Shown: positions 51,123-60,278 of the stretch, piece by piece
Numbering within the stretch: position 1 is the first letter of the stretch
Layout of the letters: each line of letters begins with the position of its first letter
Source of the DNA: Salinispira sp.
GTDB taxonomy: Bacteria; Spirochaetota; Spirochaetia; DSM-27196; Salinispiraceae
DNA: 64,000 bases
NCBI GenBank assembly: GCA_965226555.1
Contig: CBDDDG010000014.1
Coordinates: forward strand, 96,001 to 160,000
Direction: 5' to 3'
The notes under the pieces: model-generated
What the model was told of the DNA's origin: nothing
The model's database searches: none
What the model saw: only the letters and a program-made list of their open reading frames with translations
Position numbers and translations under genes: made by a program

Positions 51123-51327
51123 GGGCAGGCCGCGCCTGCTCGCCCATGCGTCTGTTGCTGAGGCTGGTCGGCGCTGCGCGGCTGCGCGCCTGCTCGCCCA
51201 TCCGGCTGAGACTGGGCTGGTCGGCGTTGCGCGCCTGCTCGCCCATGCGGCTGTTGCTGAGACTGGGCTGGTCGGCGCTGCGCGGCTGCTCGCCCCCAAG
51301 CATCCGGCTCGCCATGCGTCTGTCAGG
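51123..51327. repeat. Degenerate tandem array of GC-rich type C units
   Basis: Four to five CTGCTCGCCC(ATGCG) cores alternating with GGCTGGTCGGCG. Confidence 0.8.
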
Positions 51328-51407
51328 AATGATCGATACAAAGTAGTACTGGAAAATGATAATCAATATGGAAAATCGTTAATGAGCTGCGCGCAAAACT
51401 TTCACCG

Positions 51408-51644
51408 CTACCCCTCATTCAGTTCGGGAAAAAGATCCAGAACGGCAGGCTCACCGTCAGGGGAGGGTTCCCGTATGAGCTTTTCAATTTTTCCCTCCAC
51501 CGAACTGAGTTCTGTTTCCAGATTCCTCGCCAATACTATACCCTCTTCGAAAAGAGCGGTGGCTTCTTCCAGCGCCGCATCTCCGCGGCGGATTTTATCG
51601 CTTATTTCTTCAAGACGCTTCAAGCGTTCTTCAAAACTTTTCAT
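51408..51644 (-). CDS. xseB: Exodeoxyribonuclease VII small subunit
   Basis: SFEE.L..LEEI...I..G...LEEA..LFEEG..L. Confidence 0.93.
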   Translation of the reverse strand: MKSFEERLKRLEEISDKIRRGDAALEEATALFEEGIVLARNLETELSSVEGKIEKLIREPSPDGEPAVLDLFPELNEG

Positions 51645-52921
51645 TGCTGATCCTCTGTGTTCTGAGTTTCATGTTTCTGAGTTTCATTTTTCTGAATTGT
51701 GCTCTGTGTTTCATGCTGCCTGATATTGAGATCGCTTGTACTGCCTTTTTTCACCACAGCATCAATTTTTCCGTTATGGAATTCTATGGTAATGTCGGTT
51801 TCCATTCCTGCTCTCCCGCTGTCTGAAACAATTGCTCCGGCAGTGTTTCTGACGATGCTGTATCCCCGTTTGAGTACTGCGCGCGGATCGCAGGCAGTGA
51901 GCGCCCGGTACGTTAGTTCACTGCGCTGCCGAAGCGCGCCGATGAAGGCAGTTATCTGCTGTATGAGTACTTCCCGACGTTCATCGAGGGCAAGGCGGTG
52001 CGGATGAATACAGGAGCGGAAACTTTCTTCCAGCATTGTTTTGCGAAAGGGTCTGAGGGCAAGAGCCAGACGTTCCCGTATGCCGCCGAAGGCCTGAATA
52101 ATAATTCTTCCTGCGGTGATGACGCGCATTCTGAGTTCCTCTGCGGTGGCGCAGAGCATTTCAGCTGCCGCAGAGGGTGTGGGAGCGCGCAGATCTGCCG
52201 CAAAATCTGAAAGGGCCCAGTCAATTTCATGCCCGACAGCAGAAATGACCGGTGTGTTACACTGATATATCGCGTGTATCAGTTCTTCATCGCTGAAGGG
52301 AAGAAGGTCTTCAAGGCTGCCGCCGCCGCGGCTGAGAATAATGACATCTCCCAGCGATTCAGCCATGCGCAGTTTTCGGGCAATTTTCGGCCCCGCATCA
52401 ATTCCCTGAACAGGAATGTTTACGACACAAACATTCAGCCAAGCTGCGCGGCGCTTTATAACCCGGATAATATCACGGACTGCCGCTCCTGTTTCGGCGC
52501 TGAGAACAACAACCCTCAGCGGGAAGAAGGGGAGAGCTTTTTTGTGCTCGGAAGAAAAGAGCTCACTCAGACGCCGTTTTCGCTCTTCAAGCATCTGGAG
52601 AATACGTCCTTCGCCCCGTTCTTCAATGGATGCGCATATGAGCTGATAGCTTCCCCGCTGCGCATATACCGAGAGCTTTCCCCGCGCAAGAACCATCTGC
52701 CCGTTTACCGGCTGTACGGGGCCCTGCGAACCGCGGAACATTACGAGCTGTATCAGGGCATGTTCATCTTTGAGGCTGAAATACCAGTGACCGCTTGATG
52801 CCGAGCGAAAATTACTCACCTCACCCTCAACAAGAATGCGGGGGTATGAGCCTTCAAGCTTCAGTTTTATGTCCTGTGTGAGAGCGCTTACGCTATAGGG
52901 TTGGACAGAATCAACAATCAT
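51641..52921 (-). CDS. xseA: Exodeoxyribonuclease VII large subunit
   Basis: GEVSNF....SGHWYFSLKD, GAA.RD, RGGGSLEDL..F, VGHE.D..L.DFAAD.RAPTPSAAAE, L.RGY. Confidence 0.95.
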   Translation of the reverse strand: MIVDSVQPYSVSALTQDIKLKLEGSYPRILVEGEVSNFRSASSGHWYFSLKDEHALIQLVMFRGSQGPVQPVNGQMVLARGKLSVYAQRGSYQLICASIEERGEGRILQMLEERKRRLSELFSSEHKKALPFFPLRVVVLSAETGAAVRDIIRVIKRRAAWLNVCVVNIPVQGIDAGPKIARKLRMAESLGDVIILSRGGGSLEDLLPFSDEELIHAIYQCNTPVISAVGHEIDWALSDFAADLRAPTPSAAAEMLCATAEELRMRVITAGRIIIQAFGGIRERLALALRPFRKTMLEESFRSCIHPHRLALDERREVLIQQITAFIGALRQRSELTYRALTACDPRAVLKRGYSIVRNTAGAIVSDSGRAGMETDITIEFHNGKIDAVVKKGSTSDLNIRQHETQSTIQKNETQKHETQNTEDQQ

Positions 52922-52948
52922 GGGTAAGATTAGCAAGAGGATATACTT

Positions 52949-54589
52949 TTGACAAGTCTTGCCCCTGTTATAAACAGTCTGCTCTCAAAAAATACGCGTT
53001 CCTTACCGGCAGTACTATCTTTTCTCCGTACCTTCTCGGCTGAAGAGGGTATTGATGGAAAAATTGTCTATCTCCTAGTGCCGGAGACAACTGCTTCAGC
53101 AGCCTCCCTTCCTGAAGAAATTGCTGAAGAATTGGAAAAACTAACAGATTCTTCATTTCGCGTGCAGATAATTACCGTTGCATCATCTGAATCATCAACC
53201 TCACCGATCCCGCCCGCGCCGCCTCCCAATTCCTTCATCAGCCCCTTCACCATGGCCGATGTATTCGCGGCGCTTGAAAAAATTCTGGAAGATCGCAGGG
53301 AAATTAGCGGGATTTTTCACCTCTGGGCAGATGCCCCCTTTATGAACCTCCATGCCAACCGGGCAGTACTTGATCTTCATCGCCGCTATCTGAGCGAATA
53401 CATCTTTGCCGAGGGGTATCCGGCAGGTATTACTGGTTCCATTCTGGTAAGAGAGATCATTCCTGCCCTCAAAAAAGACGGGGAAAACATTTCCCTCAGG
53501 CGGAACGGAATTTTTGAAACCGTTCGCGTGAATATTAATGCCTACGATATCGAAACGGCTGTTTCTCCCCGAGATCTGCGGATGCTCCGCCTTGAATTGT
53601 TTACCGATCTTCAACGGAACATCCGCATATGCGAAAACCTTCCCCTGAAACAGGAAATGAAAACAGATGAACTCTGCCGGACTATTGAGCAGAATAAAAT
53701 GCTGTACCGAAGTCTTCCGGCATTCTTTGCGCTTCAATTAAGCGGGAAATATGCGCAGAACTGCTCATATCAGGTACTGCCCGACCTCCCCGATACAAAT
53801 GAATTCCTCTCTCCAGATAATTTCACCCTGATCTTAGAGAAAATTACAAAGTTTGTTGAAGACCCGATCATCAGCCTGTCACTCTGGGGTGAACTGTCGC
53901 TGCACCCCCACCTTCCGCAGATACTGGAAATTGCGCGTTCCTTTTCCTCTGCTGCCCGCTCCCCCCGCCCCCGCGCAGCCCCCCCCCGCGCAGCTACCCG
54001 ATTTCTTATTGAAACAAGCGGAATCGGCTGGAAAGCGGAAGCATGCGAAGAACTCGGAAAATTTCCTCCCGGCTCTCTTGATCTTATTCTCTGCCTCGAC
54101 AGTATTGATCCCGCGCTCTATGCACAGTTGAGAGGCAGCGGGTATGAAGAAGCCATGAAATTTGCAGAATGGGCGCGCGCCACATTTCCCGGACATTTTT
54201 ATGCGCAGGCTCTGCGTATGCTGGAAAACGAAGACCACCTCATACAATTCTCCCAGCACTGGAAGAAAGAGGGTGTTCGGTTCATTATTCAGAAATTCAA
54301 CAATTTTTCCAATTATCTCACACAGAAGCGGGTAGCAGATCTTTCACCCCTCAGAAGGCATGAATGCTGGCATGTAAAGCGGGATATGGTGGTCGACTTG
54401 AGCGGGCAGGTCTTTGCATGCCCCTCCCACAGTATCAATCAACAAGATAATCTCACTTACGGCAATCTTTTTACCGATGATATAAGAAAGATATGGGCTC
54501 GGGGAGAAAAACTTATGAACTCCCACGTGAAAAATGCGCTGCCCGAAATCTGTCAGACATGCGATGAGTGGTATACCTACAATTTTTGA
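52949..54589 (+). CDS. Spiro-SPASM protein (nucleotidyltransferase-like N-terminus, radical-SAM-like core lacking CxxxCxxC, SPASM)
   Basis: Y.FAEGYP.G, IN.YDIET, DLSPL.R..CWH.KRDM, C..CDE.YTYNF. Confidence 0.8.
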   Translation: MTSLAPVINSLLSKNTRSLPAVLSFLRTFSAEEGIDGKIVYLLVPETTASAASLPEEIAEELEKLTDSSFRVQIITVASSESSTSPIPPAPPPNSFISPFTMADVFAALEKILEDRREISGIFHLWADAPFMNLHANRAVLDLHRRYLSEYIFAEGYPAGITGSILVREIIPALKKDGENISLRRNGIFETVRVNINAYDIETAVSPRDLRMLRLELFTDLQRNIRICENLPLKQEMKTDELCRTIEQNKMLYRSLPAFFALQLSGKYAQNCSYQVLPDLPDTNEFLSPDNFTLILEKITKFVEDPIISLSLWGELSLHPHLPQILEIARSFSSAARSPRPRAAPPRAATRFLIETSGIGWKAEACEELGKFPPGSLDLILCLDSIDPALYAQLRGSGYEEAMKFAEWARATFPGHFYAQALRMLENEDHLIQFSQHWKKEGVRFIIQKFNNFSNYLTQKRVADLSPLRRHECWHVKRDMVVDLSGQVFACPSHSINQQDNLTYGNLFTDDIRKIWARGEKLMNSHVKNALPEICQTCDEWYTYNF

Positions 54590-55535
54590 CATTCGGAAAA
54601 ACTATACTGTCCTCGGGCGGGGGCCTGAAAACCGCATTTCACGCTTCGGCTTATCTGTTCTGCAGCTGGTGCGCGATAGAAAGTACCAGCGGACGGAAGA
54701 TATACGAAAGATCGCTTCACGAAATTTTTCAGATGTTATTGTCATGCTTCCGAGAGACAACATTCTCCCCTATGAAGAATTAGTCTCTGAATTTTCGAAT
54801 CTCAGGCTCATACTCTTTGATCCCCATTTTTATCGTCAGAGCAGTATCGGCGCTCTCATCAATGCCGGAATTATTGAGGCGCGATGTGAATTTGTGGCCC
54901 TTGTCTGGAATGGAGTCAATATCATATTCGATATGAAACTTCTTCAGCATATGGATCGGGAAACACTCTGCTACCTTCCATACATTCAGGACAACAAAGG
55001 GAGAATCATTCCCAGTTTTTTCGTGCCGACCCCAACGAAGGCAGGAAGGAAAGAACACTTTGTAGAACCTCAGCCCATACTCCCTTCCGAAAACGAGAAC
55101 CAGAGCCTCTTCCCCTGCGACTATTCCGGAATATATGTTAAAGAGCGTTTTACCCGCTGCGGCGGTTTCGATGCGCATATGAACAATCCTTACTGGCAGA
55201 AACTTGAATTCGGCTACCGCGCGCGGCTGTGGGGAGAACGCCTGCAGCATCTGCCCGGATTAAAAATTGAATATGCCGAGGAACTCCAGCCCGAGGAGAC
55301 CACCCCCGATGAAGATTATCTGCGCTTCTATCTGAGAATTCTGGCAGTGTTGTATACCGGCGATTACGCAAAGCTCCCCATAAAGAAATTCTGGCCGTAT
55401 TTTCGCGCAGGAAATTGCGGTATTCCCGCGGCTCTCAGGAATTTCATGCGTGAGAGACAGTGGATTAAGAAACACGCCTATAATTATCGTTTTGATGCCC
55501 GCCAGATGGTGGAGCTGTGGGGAGAGAATGTATGA
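54534..55535 (+). CDS. Glycosyltransferase-like hypothetical protein (start uncertain)
   Basis: IN.GI.EA, GGFD..M.NPYWQKLEFG.RA.LWGE; overlaps neighbours as in an operon. Confidence 0.6.
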   Translation: MRCPKSVRHAMSGIPTIFDIRKNYTVLGRGPENRISRFGLSVLQLVRDRKYQRTEDIRKIASRNFSDVIVMLPRDNILPYEELVSEFSNLRLILFDPHFYRQSSIGALINAGIIEARCEFVALVWNGVNIIFDMKLLQHMDRETLCYLPYIQDNKGRIIPSFFVPTPTKAGRKEHFVEPQPILPSENENQSLFPCDYSGIYVKERFTRCGGFDAHMNNPYWQKLEFGYRARLWGERLQHLPGLKIEYAEELQPEETTPDEDYLRFYLRILAVLYTGDYAKLPIKKFWPYFRAGNCGIPAALRNFMRERQWIKKHAYNYRFDARQMVELWGENV

Positions 55536-56206
55536 GAACAGCTGTTTTTCTCCAGGCCCGGCTGAGTTCACAGCGTCTGCCGCACAAAATACTTCTGAAT
55601 CTTGGCGGCAGGACGGTACTTGAACAGACTATGCTCCGTCTCAATTCTGTGCAGGCCGATTATCATGTTGTGCTCACCGACAGAGACAGCTTCCCTATTG
55701 TCCGCGACATTGCATTCAAAGCCGGCTGGGGCAGCTTCAAAGGTCCGGGGAATGATGTTCTTGCGCGCTATATTTTTGCTGCCCGTCATTATGGTGTTGA
55801 TGTTATTGTACGGGCAACGGCAGACAATCCTCTGGTAAGTTTTGAACTTGCCAATGTGCTCATTGAATCGCAGTTCACCAATTCTGTTGACTATCGGAGC
55901 CATATCGAACTGCCCTACGGCGCAGGGGTTGAAATAATTCGGACATCGGCACTTGAAAAGGCCTTCTCTGAAACACAGCTATTGTCCGATCATGAACACG
56001 TTACCCCCTACGTGTACAACAATCCCGACCGGTTCACCGTGCGCCGTGAGCAGGCTCCACCGCAATTCGCCAATCCCGATCTGCGCATTACTCTCGATAA
56101 TGAAGAAGATTACCGATTCCTGTGTTCTCTGTATCGGAACTATGGACTCAAGCAGTCCACGCCCCTTTCAGATCTTCTTGGGAAGATGTATCCTGTAATG
56201 GTATGA
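55532..56206 (+). CDS. SpsF-like cytidylyltransferase
   Basis: LQARL.S.RLP.K.L, G..NDVL.RY, IVRATADNP, EHVTPY.Y, R.TLD..EDY. Confidence 0.88.
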   Translation: MRTAVFLQARLSSQRLPHKILLNLGGRTVLEQTMLRLNSVQADYHVVLTDRDSFPIVRDIAFKAGWGSFKGPGNDVLARYIFAARHYGVDVIVRATADNPLVSFELANVLIESQFTNSVDYRSHIELPYGAGVEIIRTSALEKAFSETQLLSDHEHVTPYVYNNPDRFTVRREQAPPQFANPDLRITLDNEEDYRFLCSLYRNYGLKQSTPLSDLLGKMYPVMV

Positions 56207-58560
56207 TCACATACCTCCTCTGCCCAGCGCTCCCTCCTCTGAACGGAAGGGGGCACCTTATGCGGATGATTCGGCTGCAAAAACAATTGGCGCATTCCCG
56301 CATCTATATTCCTGCTGATATTTCCCCCGATGCCTGGAGTGATACATTCAGGAACATTTCCGCCGATGCCGACTGCCGCATTGTGAATGATCCGGGTGAA
56401 CCAAAGCTCATTGTTCTGGACATGCCCTGGATTGATGAGGCTGATCTTGAAGATTTTCAGCGCAGGGCGCCGGTTCTCGCTCTGGATCTCGGCGGCAGCG
56501 GACGTTTCCGTGCTTCCTTTCTTATAGACACCCTCCCGTATCCGGGATACAGAGCGCATTCCCGGCACTTCCTCCCTTTCCGCCGCCCCCCTTTCCGCGG
56601 CCGAGCTTTGAAAGTCAGCCGCCTGCAATATCGGCAATATCGGCAGCATCGGGTCGGCTGCGCATCACGCGAAGAACCAAACATTTTCCAGCCATCCTTC
56701 CTTTTTGATCAGCTCGATCAGAAAATTGATGGCAGCCCCCATTCCGACAGCCGTGCATCATCGCCGCGGAGCAGTGGTCACCGAACTGCATCGCATTCGC
56801 GCGCGACATCGAAAACAGAGCGGATACTCGTGAATTTCGGCGGGGCCGATCCGGCAGGTTTAACATCGCGTTTTGCCGCAAAACTCGGTGATCTTCTTCT
56901 TTCCCTCTGTTCCGGGAGAATCATAGTTTTCGATCAGCTTGATCAGCTTGACCAGCTTGACAATCGGCGCCCCCCTTTACCGGAAACATGGGAATACATT
57001 TCTCCCGTTGAGTCTCTGTATGATCTTTTTCAGGAAACCGATTTGTATATATGCCACTATGGCATCAGCGCATGGGAGGCGCAGCGCGCGGGTGTAAGGA
57101 CAATTATTCTTGATGTTTCAGAGTATCACCGGAAACTGGCAGAGCTTTCCGGTTTTATCTCCCTTCCTCTTGAACAATTGGAAAGCTGCGGCAGCGCATG
57201 GACCCGAAACCGGAACAGTGCATTCCACCGCCCGAAAGCGCTCCGTGCCGCGGGATATCGCGCCGCGGGATATCGCAGCGCGTGGAACCGCAATACAATA
57301 CCATCGCTGGAAGCGCGTTTGCAGTCGCAAATTCAGCAGGTTCAGAGCATAGTGCCCCGTTCGCTTGCAGAATACATTGCGTCTCTCGAACCCAGCGGCA
57401 ACCCCAGCGGCAACCCCAGCGGCAACCCCAGCGGCAACCCCAGCGGCAACCCCAGCGGCAACCCCAGCGGCAACCCCAGCGGCAACCCCAGCGGCAACCC
57501 CAGCGGCAACCCCAGCGGCAACCCCAGCGGCAACCCCAGCGGCAACCCCAGCGGCTCTTCCGCCCGCCGAGCCTGCCCAGCCCGATCCGCCTGCCCCGCC
57601 TGCCCCGCCTGCCCCGCCTGCCCCGCCTGCGGAAACAGAAAAAACAACAGTAGCGTAACACGGAATGCTGAACGAAGCTATTTCTGCTGCTCTGAATGCG
57701 GACTCATCTATCTGCTGCGGCTCATTCCTTCAGAAATTACCTATGGAAACGCGTATTTCTTTGAGCAGTACCGCGCGCAGTACGGCAAAACCTACCTTGA
57801 AGATTTCGATAATATCACCGCCCTCAGCAGGCAGCGCCTCAAAATCATACGGAAAATACAGCATTCCCGCCCCGCGGCAAAATCTGGAAAAAACCATACA
57901 AAACCGCGCCTGCTCGATATCGGCTGCGCCTACGGTCCCGCGGCAAAATCTGGAAAAGACCATACAAAACCGCGCCTGCTCGATATCGGCTGCGCCTACG
58001 GTCCCTTTCTGAAGGCAGCATCGGAGAGCGGGTACGCGCCGGAAGGCATCGATATCAATGCGGAAGCGGTCGCCTATGTGAATACAGCGCTCGACATTCC
58101 TGCCGCGCAGGGCAACATACAACACGAAACCTTCCGGGATAATTTCAGCGCCGAATACTACGATGTCGTTACCATGTGGTATGTTATTGAGCATTTTCCC
58201 GAGCTCTGCGGCATCATGGATTGGCTCCGTCACATCCTGAAGCCCGGCGGCATCCTCGCCATCGCCACGCCCAACAGTCTGGGTATTTCCGGGCGAAAAA
58301 ATCTCCCCGAATTTCTGAAAACGGCTCCCGAAGATCATTACAGCGTATGGAATCAGCGGCAGGCCATGAATATCGGCCGCAGATATGGATTCCGCATTGC
58401 CCGCCTGCGTTCGGTTGGGCATCATGGTGAGCGCTTCCCCGGAATGTGGGGCGGAAGTGTACTGCGGAATTTCTCAACCACCCTCAGCAAGCTCTTTTTT
58501 TTGGGAGATAGTCTGGAGATATACTTTGTCAGGGAACAATTAGGGAATAGAATGCGATGA
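56203..58560 (+). CDS. Fusion of a PseG/SpsG-like glycosyltransferase fold, Zn ribbon and class I SAM methyltransferase, with repeat expansions
   Basis: G.GHL.R, LVNFGGADPAGL, CPAC...C.ECGL, LLDIGCAYGPFL, MWYVIEH, LKPGG.LA.ATPN. Confidence 0.8.
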   Translation: MITYLLCPALPPLNGRGHLMRMIRLQKQLAHSRIYIPADISPDAWSDTFRNISADADCRIVNDPGEPKLIVLDMPWIDEADLEDFQRRAPVLALDLGGSGRFRASFLIDTLPYPGYRAHSRHFLPFRRPPFRGRALKVSRLQYRQYRQHRVGCASREEPNIFQPSFLFDQLDQKIDGSPHSDSRASSPRSSGHRTASHSRATSKTERILVNFGGADPAGLTSRFAAKLGDLLLSLCSGRIIVFDQLDQLDQLDNRRPPLPETWEYISPVESLYDLFQETDLYICHYGISAWEAQRAGVRTIILDVSEYHRKLAELSGFISLPLEQLESCGSAWTRNRNSAFHRPKALRAAGYRAAGYRSAWNRNTIPSLEARLQSQIQQVQSIVPRSLAEYIASLEPSGNPSGNPSGNPSGNPSGNPSGNPSGNPSGNPSGNPSGNPSGNPSGNPSGNPSGSSARRACPARSACPACPACPACPACGNRKNNSSVTRNAERSYFCCSECGLIYLLRLIPSEITYGNAYFFEQYRAQYGKTYLEDFDNITALSRQRLKIIRKIQHSRPAAKSGKNHTKPRLLDIGCAYGPAAKSGKDHTKPRLLDIGCAYGPFLKAASESGYAPEGIDINAEAVAYVNTALDIPAAQGNIQHETFRDNFSAEYYDVVTMWYVIEHFPELCGIMDWLRHILKPGGILAIATPNSLGISGRKNLPEFLKTAPEDHYSVWNQRQAMNIGRRYGFRIARLRSVGHHGERFPGMWGGSVLRNFSTTLSKLFFLGDSLEIYFVREQLGNRMR
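57391..57555 (+). repeat. Perfect 12-bp tandem repeat (CCCAGCGGCAAC) x13.75 encoding PSGN
   Basis: Read directly from the sequence. Confidence 0.95.
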
Positions 58561-60278
58561 GAAACACAGGGCAGACCTTCCATAGCGATTGTTTTGTTCA
58601 GACAGAACAAACTACGCGCTTTCTCAATGAGCGGAGCATGCGGAAGAAGGAAAAGCGGAGCATTTTTTTTCTCGGCGCCGGTATTCTTCAAATCCCCGGC
58701 ATCTATCTCGCCCGTAAAATGGGGCTTACTGTGCATGCGGCCGATGCAAATTCCTCTGCTCCCGGCCTTGAGCTGGCGGATGTCTTTCATCACATTGATC
58801 TTGGAGATATCACCGGCTTAACGGAGGCTGCCGTACACCTTAAAGACCGGCAGGGGCTCGATGGGGTACTTACCATCGGTACCGATTTTTCACTGTCGGT
58901 TGCCCACATTGCCGCCGCATGCGCGCTGCCGGGAATTTCAGTAGATGCCGCCCTCAATGCAAGCCGGAAAGACCGCATGAGAGCCGTTCTTCAGGATGCG
59001 GGGCTTCCGGTGCCGCGCTTTGCAGTCCTCGATACACGAACAGAAATGGATGCGCAGCTCAGGTATCTGCGCGGGCTGAGGTATCCGCTGGTAAGTAAAC
59101 CTATTCAGAACATGGGGGCGAGGGGCGTGAGGGAAATTTCTTCATTCGGGGAAATAACAGAGGCAGTTTCAGAATCTGCCGCATACTCACACAATGCTGT
59201 GGTGCTTGTTGAAGAAAAAATTATCGGTTCCGAATACAGTCTTGACAGTCTGATATTCAATGACTCCTTTCATCCCATGGGTATTGCCCGCCGTTATATC
59301 GATTATCCTCCGTATTTTATTGAGAGGGGGCATAGTTTTCCTTCTGATCTTTCAGCAGAGCAGGAGCATGAGATGTTTGAAGCGCTCAGGAAGGCGGCTG
59401 AGGTTTTGGGTATTACTACCGGCGCTGCCAAGGGCGATATATTTTTTACCGATCGGGGGCCGGTAATCGGAGAAATTGCGGCGCGCCTTTCAGGCGGGTT
59501 TATGTCCGGTTGGACATTTCCGCTTCATTCAGGCATACACCCCGCAATCGGCGCCATTCTTGCTGCGCTTGGCGAGAGCCTGCCCCCCCATATGGCCGCA
59601 GCGCCTTTACAGCTCCATCCGGTTTCCGAGCGCGGTATTGTTTCCGTTCCGGGTGTTATCCGTTCAATACATCATACTACTTCCACGCGCGCCGATTCTC
59701 CCTATTGTTTTATGTCTGCGCAGGAAGGCGATACTGTCAATTTCCCAACAAACAACGTGGAAAAATGCGGTAATGTTATTTGGCGGAGCAGTCCTGAAAA
59801 AGGAGAGGAGGCAGTCGCAGGCTGTTTTCTGCCGCTGCGAATGGAGGGGGAGAAAAAATTCAGAGAACTATTATTGGCCAATTTTCCTCCCGCCTACCCG
59901 GGAATTATGAAAAAATTACAGAACTGTAGTATGCGCCTGCATGGTACCCTGTCAGCTGCGGAACTGCCAATTCCCGATTTCATACTGAATTCCGATGAAA
60001 AAGACTGGAATTATCGAACAATACCTCAGTCGCTTGAAGCAATACGGTATTTCAGACCGCATTTTTCTTGGCGTTGCCGGAATGCCAGCAAAACAGACCC
60101 TTATGGAACATGGACAACAGCGCAGCTCAATTTTCTTACCGCCTTGCTGAAGGGAGGCTTTCAGGCTGCGTTATATTATATTGAGCTTGAACAAAAACTA
60201 ACCGAAAAAAAAATAAGCCCCTATTGGAAACTTTTGCATTGGAACATATGCTTATCAAGGATTATTGCTGATGACTAA
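58557..60278 (+). CDS. ATP-grasp domain protein
   Basis: LGAG.LQ.P.I..A, K..MR..L..AG.PVP.F, KP...MGARGV, EE.I.G.EYS.D, EIAARLSGG. Confidence 0.85.
   Translation: MRNTGQTFHSDCFVQTEQTTRFLNERSMRKKEKRSIFFLGAGILQIPGIYLARKMGLTVHAADANSSAPGLELADVFHHIDLGDITGLTEAAVHLKDRQGLDGVLTIGTDFSLSVAHIAAACALPGISVDAALNASRKDRMRAVLQDAGLPVPRFAVLDTRTEMDAQLRYLRGLRYPLVSKPIQNMGARGVREISSFGEITEAVSESAAYSHNAVVLVEEKIIGSEYSLDSLIFNDSFHPMGIARRYIDYPPYFIERGHSFPSDLSAEQEHEMFEALRKAAEVLGITTGAAKGDIFFTDRGPVIGEIAARLSGGFMSGWTFPLHSGIHPAIGAILAALGESLPPHMAAAPLQLHPVSERGIVSVPGVIRSIHHTTSTRADSPYCFMSAQEGDTVNFPTNNVEKCGNVIWRSSPEKGEEAVAGCFLPLRMEGEKKFRELLLANFPPAYPGIMKKLQNCSMRLHGTLSAAELPIPDFILNSDEKDWNYRTIPQSLEAIRYFRPHFSWRCRNASKTDPYGTWTTAQLNFLTALLKGGFQAALYYIELEQKLTEKKISPYWKLLHWNICLSRIIADD

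Noticed and set aside
51000..51723. ORFs 51000-51341, 51082-51366, 51101-51346 and 51106-51723
   Set aside because: Read-through of GC-rich type C repeats and antisense to xseB.
57155..57661. Alternative-frame ORFs (RWGC, QRQP, PLGL, ATPA repeats)
   Set aside because: Shadows of the stop-free 12-bp repeat inside the methyltransferase.
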